A stretch of DNA of 64,000 nucleotides. Source: Chara braunii. Its lineage: Eukaryota; Plantae; Charophyceae. Positions within the stretch are counted from its first letter, which is position 1, and every line of letters starts with the position of its first letter. A model generated the notes under the pieces. That model did no database searches, was not told the origin of the DNA, and saw nothing but the letters and a program-made list of their open reading frames with translations. A program made the position numbers and the translations under genes. The stretch spans positions 1,376,933-1,440,932 of the forward strand of contig BFEA01000025.1 of assembly GCA_003427395.1 (NCBI GenBank). Reading direction: 5' to 3'. Below are positions 63,031 to 64,000 of the stretch, one piece after another.

Positions 63031-63182
63031 TGTATCCCACGCGGCCACGGTCGCGGGGTCGGGCTCGAAGGGCGGCCATGTTCATGGCCGCATCCGCGGC
63101 AGGGGTCAGCCGCACCGCAGCCACATTTTACATGATTTTTCCCGTAAAAACTTATAGGCAAATATATATATATATATATATA

Positions 63183-63928
63183 CAGGGTCACCAGCCCGTA
63201 CGTACATAGGTCCCCGGGCAGACCTCCGTACGTACGGGCGTTCGGGGTCCCGTACGGGGTCCGAACCCGACGGCGTTCGGCCCCTGCCAAAAATTATTTT
63301 GGGGCCTAAAAATAGTAATTTTTTTCTGATGTGTTTTTTGTGAGTTCTCTATGACGTGAGGTACATGCCTGTAAATTTTCAAGTCATTTGGATAAGACAT
63401 ATAAGAATTAAAAATCGGCAAACATGGCGGTGTTAAAACGTGCTCCCCCATGTATTTTTTCACTTTTTACTTTTTGTTTTCACTTTAGTTCAGGATCTAA
63501 ACAATGTTATTATTTTTTGAAACTTTTTTAGTGGGTTTTGTATTCAGTGAAGTACACATCTGTAAATTTTCAGGGGATTTAGCTATGCCAAAAAAAAAAA
63601 AAAAAATCGCCAAAGATGGCGGTGTCGACAACATGCTCGTGCACTCACTAAATTTAATTCTCTTTTTATTTTTATTTATTTTTATTATTAGTATTTGTTT
63701 TTCGTATTTTATTTTTATTTCAAATTTGATAAGGAATTCGGATGTAATGCTCAGCAAATCTTGTTTAATTTATTTTTCTCCATAACATATTTTTTTTTCA
63801 AATTGTTTTGATGACCAATTTTTTTATTTTTATTTTTTTTTGGGTCCGCGCTCGGCATGAACGGCCGAACGCATCCCCAAGGGGTCCCATACGTTCGGGC
63901 GTTCAACCCGTCCCAAATGCCGATTACC

Positions 63929-63931
<3 letters not shown>
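63183..63931. mobile_element. Non-autonomous TIR element inserted in a (TA)n microsatellite
   Basis: CAGGGTCA / TTACCCTG ends, TA runs on both sides, AT-rich core. Confidence 0.7.

Positions 63932-64000
<69 letters not shown>
63932..64000. repeat. (TA)n microsatellite
   Basis: Pure TA run to the window end. Confidence 0.97.

Overview
Eukaryotic, transposon-saturated window. I found no recognisable host gene, rRNA, functional tRNA or CRISPR array. The element mix (Ty3/Gypsy, L1/Tx1-like LINEs, a GIY-YIG+RT Penelope-like element) suggests a charophyte alga such as Chara; this is inference only. From left to right: (1) a degenerate Gypsy element A on the minus strand (1-~9.0 kb) with a PHD finger between RNase H and integrase and extra ORFs on both sides of gag-pol; (2) an L1/Tx1-like LINE (13.5-20.3 kb) with a very long ORF1; (3) a scrambled block (20.3-40.6 kb) in which the LINE 3' end, a Harbinger-type MITE and Gypsy element B are each split into pieces on opposite strands, and which two nested inversions would restore; a Nextera mate-pair junction adapter sits near one breakpoint; (4) a near-complete Penelope-like element (direct terminal repeats, extra ORF1, N-terminal GIY-YIG, RT) inserted in a hAT-type MITE (41.4-48.0 kb); (5) MITEs, minisatellites and retroposon tails; (6) a second diverged copy of the LINE family (59.1-63.0 kb). 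Almost all ORFs carry stops or frameshifts. The best candidates for undescribed biology are accessory modules of the retroelements: a two-ORF Penelope-like element, PHD-linked integrase, a possibly Nudix-like and a Trp-rich domain in LINE ORF1, and an unnamed ORF family near Gypsy 5' ends. Coordinates were read by eye; ends not marked by TIR/TSD are approximate.
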